Virus genome (UHGV): UHGV-0385297
DNA: 64,000 nt
Direction: 5' to 3' (one strand)
DNA from: a virus
The notes under the pieces are model-generated. The model did not search any database. It was given only the letters and a program-made list of their open reading frames with translations, and was not told where the DNA came from. Of the stretch, positions 9,568-19,382 are shown in pieces. The first letter of the stretch is position 1. The number at the start of each line of letters is the position of its first letter. Both the position numbers and the translations under genes were made by a program.

Positions 9568-10806
9568 TTACATCTCATCTGCAATAGCAGCAATTTTACT
9601 TCTATAAATATTTTGAAGTTCAACTTCTCCATAGAAGTCCTGGCCTCTAAACACTTCTGACATTCTTCTCATACCATTGTTCCCACCGGCATATTGAGCA
9701 AGATCAACCTGTGCAGTGTAATCACCATCAATAATACAGATAGAATCTTCACCGATTCTTTGAAGAGCAAGTTTCATTAAAGAGATATCCATATTCTGAG
9801 CTTCTGTGATATAAACACCTGCATTCATACCGCTAGTGTCAAAACCACGAATATCTGACATAGGTAAGAGAGAAAGTTTTCCATCAAAAATTAACCGCTG
9901 GACTTCAATCATTCCACCTAGTTTACTGCTTAACATATTTCCAATCTGAGAATCGCATAGTTTCTCGTCTTTTGAGCCAGGATAATACCCCAGCTTTGCA
10001 CTATTTGCAGTAGCAACTGTATTACAAAAAACAATAATTTTATCAATTTTATGTTTTTCTAACTGATAGAATAAGAAACCTAACCCAAGGTAACTTTTAC
10101 CTGTGCCTGCAGGTCCTTTAATCATAGTTACTTGATTGGTCTGTAAACTATTTAAAACAAGTTGTTGATAAATATCTCCTTGATATGGATTAATCGTTCC
10201 GAAGAAATTAGTTTTAATGTTTGTAAATTTTACATTCTTGTACATTTCTCCGTCCCATTTCATTTTGTCAACAACTTCATTCTTTTCATTTTTTATAATG
10301 AGATATTGATTTGGAAGTAAATCATAGATATTTTCTGTAAGATGTTCATAGAAATAAGCCATATCTGGTTCAGATAATGATTTCTCAATAAAACCTTTGT
10401 ATTCGTCATCAATATTGTTTTTTACACTATCAACATTAAGACCAAATACCCATTTAGCAATTGTTTTACATGCAATATCATTTGTGATGAATAATACATC
10501 TGGAATAGTTGTAGCACATGCACAAATTTGATTGTCTGGTGTGTTTTCAAGACCTTTTTCTTCAATAATATTTAAAATATCATTTGTCACAACCACAACA
10601 TTAAACTTTTCTGGATTCTCATCAAGAATATGAAGAGTTTTTCTTGCAGCAAATTTTACTTCTTCATCTTTATTTCTTGATACTTTGATGTGTTCCATTT
10701 CGTGAAGAGAAGTAGAACTAATATAAAATTTTTCAGTATTTTCTAATAACTTATTCTGCAATAGCAGAAGAGCATTAGTATCATAAAAAATAGCGATGGT
10801 TTCCAA
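9568..10806 (-). CDS. phoH: PhoH-like ATPase with an N-terminal PIN domain
   Basis: A Walker A motif (MIKGPAGTGKSY) is followed by a PhoH-type C-terminus (GDYTAQVDL, RSKIAAIA); the N-terminus is PIN-like. Confidence 0.8.
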   Translation of the reverse strand: METIAIFYDTNALLLLQNKLLENTEKFYISSTSLHEMEHIKVSRNKDEEVKFAARKTLHILDENPEKFNVVVVTNDILNIIEEKGLENTPDNQICACATTIPDVLFITNDIACKTIAKWVFGLNVDSVKNNIDDEYKGFIEKSLSEPDMAYFYEHLTENIYDLLPNQYLIIKNEKNEVVDKMKWDGEMYKNVKFTNIKTNFFGTINPYQGDIYQQLVLNSLQTNQVTMIKGPAGTGKSYLGLGFLFYQLEKHKIDKIIVFCNTVATANSAKLGYYPGSKDEKLCDSQIGNMLSSKLGGMIEVQRLIFDGKLSLLPMSDIRGFDTSGMNAGVYITEAQNMDISLMKLALQRIGEDSICIIDGDYTAQVDLAQYAGGNNGMRRMSEVFRGQDFYGEVELQNIYRSKIAAIADEM

Positions 10807-10846
10807 CCGCCTTTCCTGTATATTTCGTTAATTATTGATCATTCAA

Positions 10847-11029
10847 TCAATGAACGATAGAATTTTTAGCATTCTGCTTTAGCAGCCACAGAACTTCTCT
10901 TTCCTCGACTGCCCAATATCTCTTTGCTCTGGACTTATGTGTAACAGAAGAAATCTTCACACAGTCTCCATATCCAGCTTTTCTTAACATCTGGGCTTCA
11001 CTCTGAGTAATCTTAATTATAATAAACAC
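10847..11029 (-). CDS. Hypothetical small ORF
   Basis: The ORF is 60 aa with no convincing RBS. Confidence 0.25.
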   Translation of the reverse strand: MFIIIKITQSEAQMLRKAGYGDCVKISSVTHKSRAKRYWAVEEREVLWLLKQNAKNSIVH

Positions 11030-11070
11030 TTCTTTCTTTATATATTTCTCCTATGATGGGAGATGAGTAA

Positions 11071-11143
11071 TGAATCCGGTTGGAATCGAACCAACGACAT
11101 AGGGATTTTCAGTCCCTTACTCTACCAACTGAGCTACAGATCC
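11071..11143 (-). tRNA. tRNA-Phe (anticodon GAA)
   Basis: A 73-nt cloverleaf: acceptor GGATCTG/CGGATTC, D-arm GCTC..GAGT, anticodon loop cTGAAaa, T-arm GTTGG-TTCGATT-CCAAC. Confidence 0.75.
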
Positions 11144-11170
11144 GTGCAACGGGTGTCTTACCCGAAAGAA

Positions 11171-11243
11171 TAGCGGGAGCTGGATTTGAACCAGCGTTCT
11201 CTAGGTTATGGGCCTAGTGACTTATCCTCTTGTCCATCCCGCA
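11171..11243 (-). tRNA. tRNA with anticodon CAT (Met or Ile2), atypical
   Basis: The anticodon arm is CTAGG-CCCATAA-CCTAG and the T-arm is GCTGG-TTCAAAT-CCAGC. Positions 1-72 look unpaired (T/T) and position 33 is C. Confidence 0.55.
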
Positions 11244-11321
11244 ATAATTTTATATATGGCTGGATATGTTTACACATATAATTCCATTTAACAGCCCACA
11301 GGCTGACCATGTATGTAATTT

Positions 11322-12140
11322 CTAATCACGAACTTTATTAATCTGATCTAATACTTCATCAATTTCTGCTTCATATAATTTCGCACAGCAAGCATATAAA
11401 TTATCAATATATCCGAACTGTTCTGCATATTTTATAACAGTAAGCTGATCTTTTTTCTTGACCTGCTTTAAGTTATAATTTTCAGTTTTCTGTTCTAAAT
11501 CAATATGGAAATTTTCTCTGAAACATTTGTATAATTCCTTATACCTGTTAGCATAATTTCCGCTTCTACGTCTACAAATCCTATTGATAATATCCTTTTT
11601 CTTATAAAGTGGGACATCATCAGTAAGACCGTTAATTACTTCTTGTTTATGAATAATTTCTTTTTTCTGGGAATTGATTTTTTGATCTTTTAATCTGAGC
11701 TGTTCATTCTGACTTCGAATAGTCTGAAGAGTAGTAGAAAATAGAAGTTTAGTATTCTCATCTGCAAATGGAAGATATGTGTCTATGAATAAGTTATCAT
11801 TGTTTATATATCCGCCAGTTTTACGAATTGTTGGAAGTACCTCAGATGTTACCCAGCGCTTAAAACGCTTGGCAGACTCAAGTTTACTGCCAAAAATCAG
11901 CGCATATAATCCAGATTCATTAATAATTACCATTTTCTGAATTCCACCAGGGGTCATCAAATCAGTGACTCCCTTATCTGTTCCATCAACATGTTTTGCT
12001 ACGGCATTGGCAATAGATTTTCCTTTCCCATATCCAAGTGCTTCTGCTATATCTTTTCCCACGAACCACGGCTCGCCATCAATTACTAAAGTTCTTACTT
12101 CACCAAATTCTTCATTTTTAAAAATTTCTAAATCTTGCAT
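11322..12140 (-). CDS. Bro-N domain antirepressor-like protein
   Basis: The N-terminus FKNEEFGEVRTLVIDGEPWFVGKDIAEALGY...SGLYALIFGSKLESAKRFKRWV follows the Bro-N/KilA-N pattern. Confidence 0.75.
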   Translation of the reverse strand: MQDLEIFKNEEFGEVRTLVIDGEPWFVGKDIAEALGYGKGKSIANAVAKHVDGTDKGVTDLMTPGGIQKMVIINESGLYALIFGSKLESAKRFKRWVTSEVLPTIRKTGGYINNDNLFIDTYLPFADENTKLLFSTTLQTIRSQNEQLRLKDQKINSQKKEIIHKQEVINGLTDDVPLYKKKDIINRICRRRSGNYANRYKELYKCFRENFHIDLEQKTENYNLKQVKKKDQLTVIKYAEQFGYIDNLYACCAKLYEAEIDEVLDQINKVRD

Positions 12141-12372
12141 AAATTATTTCCTTCCTACGCATTTGGGCAGCGCATCACCACATACAATATTTACAGTTAC
12201 TTGCCGATAACTCTTGTTATCTTATGAGAGATGACTGCGGCAACAATCATCTCGTAAAGAAATATTTATGCAAAACAGAGGTAATCACCTCTCATAAAAC
12301 AACAAGTTATTGTACGAATTTCTATTAATATATTCTCTCTTTCACACATGGAAAATTTTTGAGAATTATGAT

Positions 12373-12446
12373 AGCGAGATAAAGGAATCGAACCGATATA
12401 TCTCCGCATTAAAAGTACGGCGCTCTACCTTTTGAGCTAATCTCGC
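12373..12446 (-). tRNA. tRNA-Lys (anticodon TTT), weak T-stem
   Basis: Acceptor GCGAGAT/ATCTCGC and D-arm GCTC..GAGC are good. The anticodon arm is CCGTA-cTTTTaa-TGCGG. The T-loop GGTTCGATTCC is present but its stem pairs poorly, so this may be a pseudo-tRNA. Confidence 0.5.
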
Positions 12447-12898
12447 CAGACGCCAATAGGCATACTACAGGACGCAGTACACCCATCAGCAAAAGAAAAA
12501 ATATAGAAGAAAGGGTAAAACATATGAATATCTACATCTAAAATTTTAAGTAGCCATAGCAGCCAAGTACAAATCTTTACGGCAATTACATAACCCGCAT
12601 ATAAACTTTCTCCTGGATTTGATAAAATTTTAAAATTTATACATTGAACTTTAGAAGAAAAAGAAGTTTGAAAAATGAGTTTTAAACATTGAATTCTGAG
12701 CTTTGAACTTTTATCATCTTATGTAATATACTATTACAAAATATATTATTTGATAAAAATTTGCATTAGGCGCACAATTTTCTTCAAATTCCAATATTTA
12801 TTAACCTTTTAAGGAATATCTTCCTCTCCGTGATAACCCGCACGGAGAAACGGGATGTAAGTTCAAGATTTTCGCTATAACTACAAAAATATCACATT

Positions 12899-13531
12899 TT
12901 AAAAACTTACTTCGATGAAAGAAGTAGCATTACTCAGAGTAAGCTGAGAGTCAATGTTACTTAAGAAACCATCAATGTCTGCTTCAAGTTTCTGGATCTT
13001 ATCATAAAGATCAATCGGGTCTACAAACTCATATTCGTTCTGTAAACGATATGGTTTTACTACTGCATCCTGTTCCTCAGTAGTGAGTTTCTTAGCGCTG
13101 TCTTTACCAACTAAGGTAGTAAGCAGACTATCCACTTTTTCGTCTACCTTTTTGTTCTCTTTATCAACTAAAGTAGTGGCAGCACTGTAATCCAGCTTCA
13201 TCTTGCGTAAAAGGTTCTGTTCGTACTCAATGGAATTTTTACGCTCAATGCCTTCTGCACGAGTCATTTCCACACCATTTACTGTAATCTTTGTAATAGC
13301 ATTGGATAATACAATTTTAGATTTTAACTCTGAATGATTTTTAATAAGATCGGTTGCAGATTGAAAATCTGCCTTGCATCTATCTTTAAATGTCTCTTTG
13401 GAAACGGCACCAATTCTATCGGATGATTTCTTAGCTGCACCACAAAAATTTGCGTTTACAATTGCTTTATTAATTCTTGCGTCTAATAATTTTAGTTCAG
13501 TTAAAGCTTCGGTAACTGTAATTTTTCTCAT
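12899..13531 (-). CDS. Hypothetical protein
   Basis: A 210-aa ORF with an AAAAGGAG RBS. Confidence 0.5.
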   Translation of the reverse strand: MRKITVTEALTELKLLDARINKAIVNANFCGAAKKSSDRIGAVSKETFKDRCKADFQSATDLIKNHSELKSKIVLSNAITKITVNGVEMTRAEGIERKNSIEYEQNLLRKMKLDYSAATTLVDKENKKVDEKVDSLLTTLVGKDSAKKLTTEEQDAVVKPYRLQNEYEFVDPIDLYDKIQKLEADIDGFLSNIDSQLTLSNATSFIEVSF

Positions 13532-13668
13532 AATGATATACTCCTTTTTATCCTGATTGCATTTTTAAACGACTGCATTGTGCCGATGTTACGATTAATT
13601 ACATTGTTTTCCATACCTGTTATATAACACCATAAAATCACTCAAAAATGGCGTAATTAAGCCAAAAA

Positions 13669-14532
13669 CTAAGCTTTTCTATTTGTGGTATTACGTTTTT
13701 CGTTATATTTTTTATATCTAATTAAATCATTTTTTCTCTTACACTCACCACAATACATTTTCTTATTTCCTGTTTTTTCAATCAGTGCGCCACATTGTTT
13801 ACAGCGAGTGTACTTATTATTGTGTCCACGCTTAACTCCATAATATTCTTTCTGATAATTTCGAATATAATAGGAAAGAGAACGATTTATGTACTTAACA
13901 TAGAAATGATCTTCAGTAATAAAATCAAAATTATTTACAAGCTTTGTCTTATCTTCATACTCGTCAATCAATTTACAATTGTCAAAACACTTTCTAAGAA
14001 AACCCTCAATTATGATTTTGTACTCGTTCCAGGAAAGGGTCATTTTTTCTTTCTGAAATCTTTCTTTCGTGGTTAAAGCTTTATCCATAATGTCATCTAT
14101 GACAGAAGTAGCATTTTCTTCGGTCATATCTACACCAGAAGCCCATTTGTAATACAATTGTTTTGGCTTTTTGAGCAAATCCATATATTCCTTATTTAGA
14201 ATTACTTCTTTATCAAAATATTTCGTATAAATATTATTTATTTTTTGCCTTATAATTGAACACCAATTTTGATTTTTGGAAACAGATTTATAGTATTTAT
14301 ATTCAATCATGGACCATGCATCAAATACTTGTCCAACTGGTGTTCCCAGTAAATTCTTTGCTACCTTAAATCGAATAGCTTTCTTATATGTTCTTCTTTT
14401 ATTTCCACATGACCAGATGGCGGAGCAGAACGAAGAGAAAACTTCGTCCTTTTGCTCCTGAGTCTGTAGTTCTTTGTATTTTTCTATAATTTCATATAGA
14501 AATGTTTCGTTACAGTCGTAAATATGTATCAC
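13669..14532 (-). CDS. Hypothetical protein with a C-terminal zinc ribbon
   Basis: It carries CKQCG...CGEC at the C-terminus. Its start overlaps the end of the polymerase gene by 23 nt. Confidence 0.5.
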   Translation of the reverse strand: MIHIYDCNETFLYEIIEKYKELQTQEQKDEVFSSFCSAIWSCGNKRRTYKKAIRFKVAKNLLGTPVGQVFDAWSMIEYKYYKSVSKNQNWCSIIRQKINNIYTKYFDKEVILNKEYMDLLKKPKQLYYKWASGVDMTEENATSVIDDIMDKALTTKERFQKEKMTLSWNEYKIIIEGFLRKCFDNCKLIDEYEDKTKLVNNFDFITEDHFYVKYINRSLSYYIRNYQKEYYGVKRGHNNKYTRCKQCGALIEKTGNKKMYCGECKRKNDLIRYKKYNEKRNTTNRKA

Positions 14533-17140
14533 CTACTTCAAATTCATAATATTTTCCAAGATATTCATAAGTATTATATGATTTGTATGGAACTTCTCGA
14601 ATAGAAATATTTCGCTTTGGATTAGTATTATTTTTTAAATTCTCAATAATATATTCTCCATAAGCAGCCCAAGCTAAAGATTTACTGATTGAAAGAGAAG
14701 AGTATGAAGTTGCAATAACATAATTGGCAATAACATCTTCGTCAAGTTTAAGTTTTTCAGAAATATTATCTTTATATTTCTTTACAACTTCGTCCATACT
14801 AAAATCATTATTTTCATCTTTATGTAAATTTAGATGCTGCTTTATTTCATCTGCATACATATTGATGAATTTCTTACACTCTTTAATGACTCCTTTATCT
14901 TTTAGATTAAGGTCATTGTTGACGATTAAGCATCTTGTATCTATAAGATCATTAACACTGTTATCCCATTTAATATTCTTTTTCTCCCATGTCTCGATGT
15001 ATTCACATAATTCATTCATAGGAGAAGGAGACCTATAGGCATTCAATTTTTCTTTCTCATCTGGTTCAACTCCCTTATTTTTACTAAGAATATTCTGATA
15101 CGTTTTCATTTTTTGAGGATAATTATGAAGCAAGAAATACGGTAGCTGTTTTAAATGTTTTCTCAGACCACTATTCATATGCCACCTAAAACCGGTTTTA
15201 AGAAAATCAATTTCTTTGCCCTGGAAAATTCTTAGAAGAGAAGAGGAATCAGAGTATAACTTCTGAATATCTGGATTTGTTGTATACCGATTCTCAATGC
15301 TTGTTGCTACATTGGTTATTTCACCAATACGGTTATCTCTTGTCATTACTTCATACTCAATTAAATTTTCTTTCGTATATGGTTTTGACTTTGCTGTAAC
15401 CTTATCTTCGACATCAAGAATAATATGTTTGTCAATTTTTGAACCAATAACAATTGGTTCGTTGCACAAAAAGAAAATATCCCCGTCAAAATCTGCCCCT
15501 CCCTGCTGCGGGGCAGATATATCATACATATTAAACATCACGACATCTTGATCTTTAAAATATCCGAACCATTTATTTAAAATGTCATTTCGCACAATTT
15601 GAATCTTGTTTACTTCAGATGGGTCCACAAGAGGAGATCTAAAAGAAGCACAATATCCTGGTTCAAAATTTGCAGTATATAATTCTCTTTCTTTTAAGCA
15701 ACCGACTGGATTTTCTCCGACTGCATATTGAAGATAACCAATCATATCACCAACACCTGTATGATAAAAACCAGAACAATAAATTTTTCCTACTTTTGCC
15801 TCATCAATGGATTTTTTTAATTTTCTATAAATAAACTGCTTTACTGCAGGATCCTTCAACATTACATCATTGATCAATGCTGCTTCGAGATATTTACTTT
15901 CTGGCTCATATCCATCTGTATCATTTATACCCATGAATTTGTAGGTATAAAATTTATCTCCTTTAATAATCTTCTCGAATAGGTTAGTAGTGTATTTTGC
16001 CAATTTGATGATTTTTCCATCATTGTCAGGATTTAAAACGTCATATTCTTTTCTATTTTTATCTACAAAACTATTGATGTATTTCTCATTCCATAGATCA
16101 AGACATTGTAAATACTGAAAATTCATTCTGGTGTACTTGTTTAAGTGCTTTACATGATGGCTATACTTACTAATACCTAATTTAAACTGATATTTCTGTA
16201 ATGTCTTCATATATTCAATCCATGCATCATTTCCATACTTTGATTTAAAAATCTTATGACCTTTAAACATTGAGATGTTCCAGATACAATCAATATCATC
16301 GATTTTATGCTCATATCCATAGATATCAGTAATAGTAGTGTATCCCCATTCCTTTAGAATTTGTTTAAATGGAACATATACGGAATATCCTTTTATAAAT
16401 GGCAGACGAACCTGGTTTCCAATAACGTCATAGCCTAAATCCAACTGTGTACTAACAGTTTTCATAAATTCTCTTTCATGACAACCACATCCATCAAAAG
16501 GAGATAATCCTATATCTCTTAAACCTTCTTCAATTTCTCTAACTTTATATTTTTTGGACTCACCAGTTTCTTTATCTACGAAAGTTTTTTCTTTTTCTAT
16601 GACATATTTGATAAGCTGATCATTTAAAGTTTTTTCATATTCACCGATGATAACAATATTTGGAATATAATCTTTAATGAGAGTACAGGAGCTAAACGGG
16701 AGACATCTTTGCGCTTCATATTTAGAAATAACGCACTCATCAATTTCAATATCCATTTGAGTGATCATGTATAATTCATCGAAAATTTCGTCACATACAA
16801 AAGCAGTAATACCGTCTTTTCCCTGAGATGCAGATTTTCCAAAACGAGAATAATGAGTACCGTTATACGTAAATCCATTATTAAGAATATCTCGCAGTGC
16901 GGTTTCTTGTTTTGGATTCTTTTTTGCGACTATAAGCATAAGCTCTTTAATATGTGTTGAAAATCTACCTCTTAGCCTTTGAATCTGATCAAACAATAAG
17001 GAATCACCTTGTTTAATAAGATATTCATTATCTATTTCTTCATTTTTACTTAGACTCAAATCATATTCTGAATCAATGAGTTTTTTGATTGGTAACTTAA
17101 CCAAAGTGTATTGAATTGATTTTATAATAAACACCACCAT
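14510..17140 (-). CDS. YonO-like single-subunit RNA polymerase candidate
   Basis: This 876-aa protein contains QQGGADFDGDIFF. ADFDGD is the invariant Mg-binding loop of multisubunit RNAP beta-prime and of the SPbeta-prophage YonO polymerase. Its size and its HU-like neighbour also fit YonO. Confidence 0.55.
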   Translation of the reverse strand: MVVFIIKSIQYTLVKLPIKKLIDSEYDLSLSKNEEIDNEYLIKQGDSLLFDQIQRLRGRFSTHIKELMLIVAKKNPKQETALRDILNNGFTYNGTHYSRFGKSASQGKDGITAFVCDEIFDELYMITQMDIEIDECVISKYEAQRCLPFSSCTLIKDYIPNIVIIGEYEKTLNDQLIKYVIEKEKTFVDKETGESKKYKVREIEEGLRDIGLSPFDGCGCHEREFMKTVSTQLDLGYDVIGNQVRLPFIKGYSVYVPFKQILKEWGYTTITDIYGYEHKIDDIDCIWNISMFKGHKIFKSKYGNDAWIEYMKTLQKYQFKLGISKYSHHVKHLNKYTRMNFQYLQCLDLWNEKYINSFVDKNRKEYDVLNPDNDGKIIKLAKYTTNLFEKIIKGDKFYTYKFMGINDTDGYEPESKYLEAALINDVMLKDPAVKQFIYRKLKKSIDEAKVGKIYCSGFYHTGVGDMIGYLQYAVGENPVGCLKERELYTANFEPGYCASFRSPLVDPSEVNKIQIVRNDILNKWFGYFKDQDVVMFNMYDISAPQQGGADFDGDIFFLCNEPIVIGSKIDKHIILDVEDKVTAKSKPYTKENLIEYEVMTRDNRIGEITNVATSIENRYTTNPDIQKLYSDSSSLLRIFQGKEIDFLKTGFRWHMNSGLRKHLKQLPYFLLHNYPQKMKTYQNILSKNKGVEPDEKEKLNAYRSPSPMNELCEYIETWEKKNIKWDNSVNDLIDTRCLIVNNDLNLKDKGVIKECKKFINMYADEIKQHLNLHKDENNDFSMDEVVKKYKDNISEKLKLDEDVIANYVIATSYSSLSISKSLAWAAYGEYIIENLKNNTNPKRNISIREVPYKSYNTYEYLGKYYEFEVGDTYLRL

Positions 17141-17183
17141 TCATAATTATTTCTTCTTATTTATTCTCCCTATTATCCTTAAT

Positions 17184-17603
17184 CTACTCAATTTTTTCAT
17201 ATGCGTATCCGTCATCTGTAGTATAGTAAACATGTTTTATTCCTATATCTCTAATAGCAGCCATACAAGATGGACAAGGTCGTGCCAGTTTAAACACACC
17301 CCCATATCCTGCACGGTATATGTACAGTTTTACCTTTGAGAAATTAATATCCATATCACGGATCGCCGCCAGACAATTTATTTCTGCATGAAGTCGAGGC
17401 AATGTTTTATAACCTTTGTCGTATTCAATATGTCTATATCTGTTATATTTTTTCTGTAATGGATGAGTTTTGACGGTATTACAACCGATAGAAATAATAG
17501 ATCCTTGATAGACGGCTACACAGCCTACATGAGTTTTATGATAATCGGATAGGAGAGCAGTTTGATAAGCTTTCTGAAAATATTTCTGATCTGTCTTAGT
17601 TAT
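17184..17603 (-). CDS. dCMP/cytidine deaminase
   Basis: Zinc ligands HAEINCL and PCPSCMAAI are present, together with VGCVAV. The start is uncertain (ATG 17603, or the longer TTG 17687). Confidence 0.75.
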   Translation of the reverse strand: MTKTDQKYFQKAYQTALLSDYHKTHVGCVAVYQGSIISIGCNTVKTHPLQKKYNRYRHIEYDKGYKTLPRLHAEINCLAAIRDMDINFSKVKLYIYRAGYGGVFKLARPCPSCMAAIRDIGIKHVYYTTDDGYAYEKIE

Positions 17604-17793
17604 CATGATTTTTTCTACTGTCTCTCTGTTTGGACCAAGCTTCACAAGATTTGTTGAAAGCAATATCTCGCATAAGGCATTCATCAATTTCTGTCATACT
17701 ATATGGATGACCGTATGCATTGCGCGCGATTACACCTCCAAATGTGTGCTGGTACTTATGGTTCTTTGATTCGATGGTTACTGTTGTGTTCAT
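17596..17793 (-). CDS. Small protein overlapping the deaminase start
   Basis: It is 65 aa with an AAAGGAGAAAT RBS. Its stop overlaps the deaminase ATG (ATGATAACTAA), which suggests translational coupling. Confidence 0.5.
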   Translation of the reverse strand: MNTTVTIESKNHKYQHTFGGVIARNAYGHPYSMTEIDECLMRDIAFNKSCEAWSKQRDSRKNHDN

Positions 17794-17860
17794 TGTTAAT
17801 TTCTCCTTTGATTTTTAAAATATTTTTATTCACGATGTTCACCTTTCCTATGTGAAACTC

Positions 17861-18643
17861 TTATATATTGTTATTCTCTAAAAGTTCTATTTGTTTTTCG
17901 ATTTCCTTATTGCAATCATAGGTTTGATCAATTACCTGGTTGCCATAACTGTCTTTCGTGAAATGTCTGTAATCTGCAAAAACTTTAGGTGTAGTAATAT
18001 ATTTTTCACGAGTTGAGGTGCTGTCTTTGATTCTCTTCATAGCTTTTGATTTTATAATTTCTAATGCATCTAAAATTTCTACTATCCTACCTACGTAACG
18101 TTCTGAAAGTCCTGTTTCATCTGAAATGGTTTTATAATGCCGGTAACAGCATAATGGGGATGTTGAAGATCTATTCATATTTAGACGGAGATAAGATAGA
18201 AGCAATAGAATATATGAAGAAGACATACGGATCGTGTCTACGGAAGTTCCTTCTAATTCTTCTTTAAAATTTAAAATTTTTTCAAGCTCATCGAAGTAAA
18301 TAATTCCAAAACGATCTGGTATATCAAATTTTTCAATATTAAGTTTTACCTGCAGGTATTTCACAGAATTAGTATGTTCTTTTAAACACTTTTCAAAGTC
18401 AGGAAACGTTTCAAAATAATTCTGGTCTGCAAGAAGTAGTAATGTATTATAATATTTCTGATTAATCTTTCCATCTCGGTAATTTGGCTTAAGTTTTGAC
18501 CAGTGGCATAATTCTGTAGTAGAAAATGCCACTGTGTCATCAAGAGAACGCCTTGCACATAAGTATGAAAAGATAATCACACGTTTATCCGATAGGGCAG
18601 TATCATATATAATTTCTTTTGGAATCTTCACATAATTAGGCAA
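17861..18643 (-). CDS. Hypothetical wHTH protein (possible replication organiser)
   Basis: The stretch ETGLSERYVGRIVEILDALEIIK looks like a winged helix-turn-helix; the function is inferred. Confidence 0.45.
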   Translation of the reverse strand: MPNYVKIPKEIIYDTALSDKRVIIFSYLCARRSLDDTVAFSTTELCHWSKLKPNYRDGKINQKYYNTLLLLADQNYFETFPDFEKCLKEHTNSVKYLQVKLNIEKFDIPDRFGIIYFDELEKILNFKEELEGTSVDTIRMSSSYILLLLSYLRLNMNRSSTSPLCCYRHYKTISDETGLSERYVGRIVEILDALEIIKSKAMKRIKDSTSTREKYITTPKVFADYRHFTKDSYGNQVIDQTYDCNKEIEKQIELLENNNI

Positions 18644-18706
18644 GACGTATCACCTCACTATGCTACAAATGAGCTTATTTTACTGCTATCTACCACTTTT
18701 AATGTA

Positions 18707-19324
18707 TTAATGAGTATGTTTGTTATTTTCATATTCATTTTCAATCTCCTTTGCAATTTTATTACAATATAATTTATATAGTTTTATAACTTCATCATTT
18801 GAAAATCTAATCGTCATATAATTATTCTCCAAAAAGAAAATTCTTCGCATTTTATCTTTTAATTGCTGTAGTTTGTTTGTATGATTTGATCCGTCTATTT
18901 CAATTATCGTTCTCGATTTTCTATCTACAAAATCGGCAATATATCTTTTTACACCATATTTTTTGTATCCATCTTTACCTGTTCCAAATGATATTTGGCA
19001 CTCCAAGTATGGATACATTTCTTTAAATATTCGTTCATGTTTCGTGGTGAATTTATCATTACAACCGCCATGTAAATTAGATTTTTCATAAATTAAATAA
19101 TCTTTATAATTATGTACTTGGGTTATAACATTGTACAACGGTAAACTACTCTCAAATATTTTTTGAGATAAATCAGACAAACAAATGTTATTCATTTTAG
19201 AAAGCTTCTTTTTTAATAAAATCCAATTAAGACGTTCTTTGGAAACATCTATAGATTCTTGATACTTTCTATTAAAAACATTCAGTTCCTCAATGTTAAT
19301 CTGTTGCATTTTTAATTCCTCCAA
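18707..19324 (-). CDS. PD-(D/E)xK (DUF559-like) endonuclease-domain protein
   Basis: RYIADFVDRKSRTIIEIDGSNH...IRFSNDEV matches the C-terminal domain of 8198-9343. Confidence 0.55.
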   Translation of the reverse strand: MEELKMQQINIEELNVFNRKYQESIDVSKERLNWILLKKKLSKMNNICLSDLSQKIFESSLPLYNVITQVHNYKDYLIYEKSNLHGGCNDKFTTKHERIFKEMYPYLECQISFGTGKDGYKKYGVKRYIADFVDRKSRTIIEIDGSNHTNKLQQLKDKMRRIFFLENNYMTIRFSNDEVIKLYKLYCNKIAKEIENEYENNKHTH

Positions 19325-19382
19325 TTTAAATATTTTATTTGTAATATCTTATTCTCCAAAATTTTAAAAATCTTTCTGTACA

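Noticed and set aside
14724-15551. Plus-strand ORFs 14724-15038 and 15297-15551 (and similar antisense ORFs inside other large genes, e.g. 7695-7916, 8958-9146, 11965-12210, 13795-14076)
   Set aside because: They lie antisense within well-supported long CDSs, have low-complexity composition and have no RBS.
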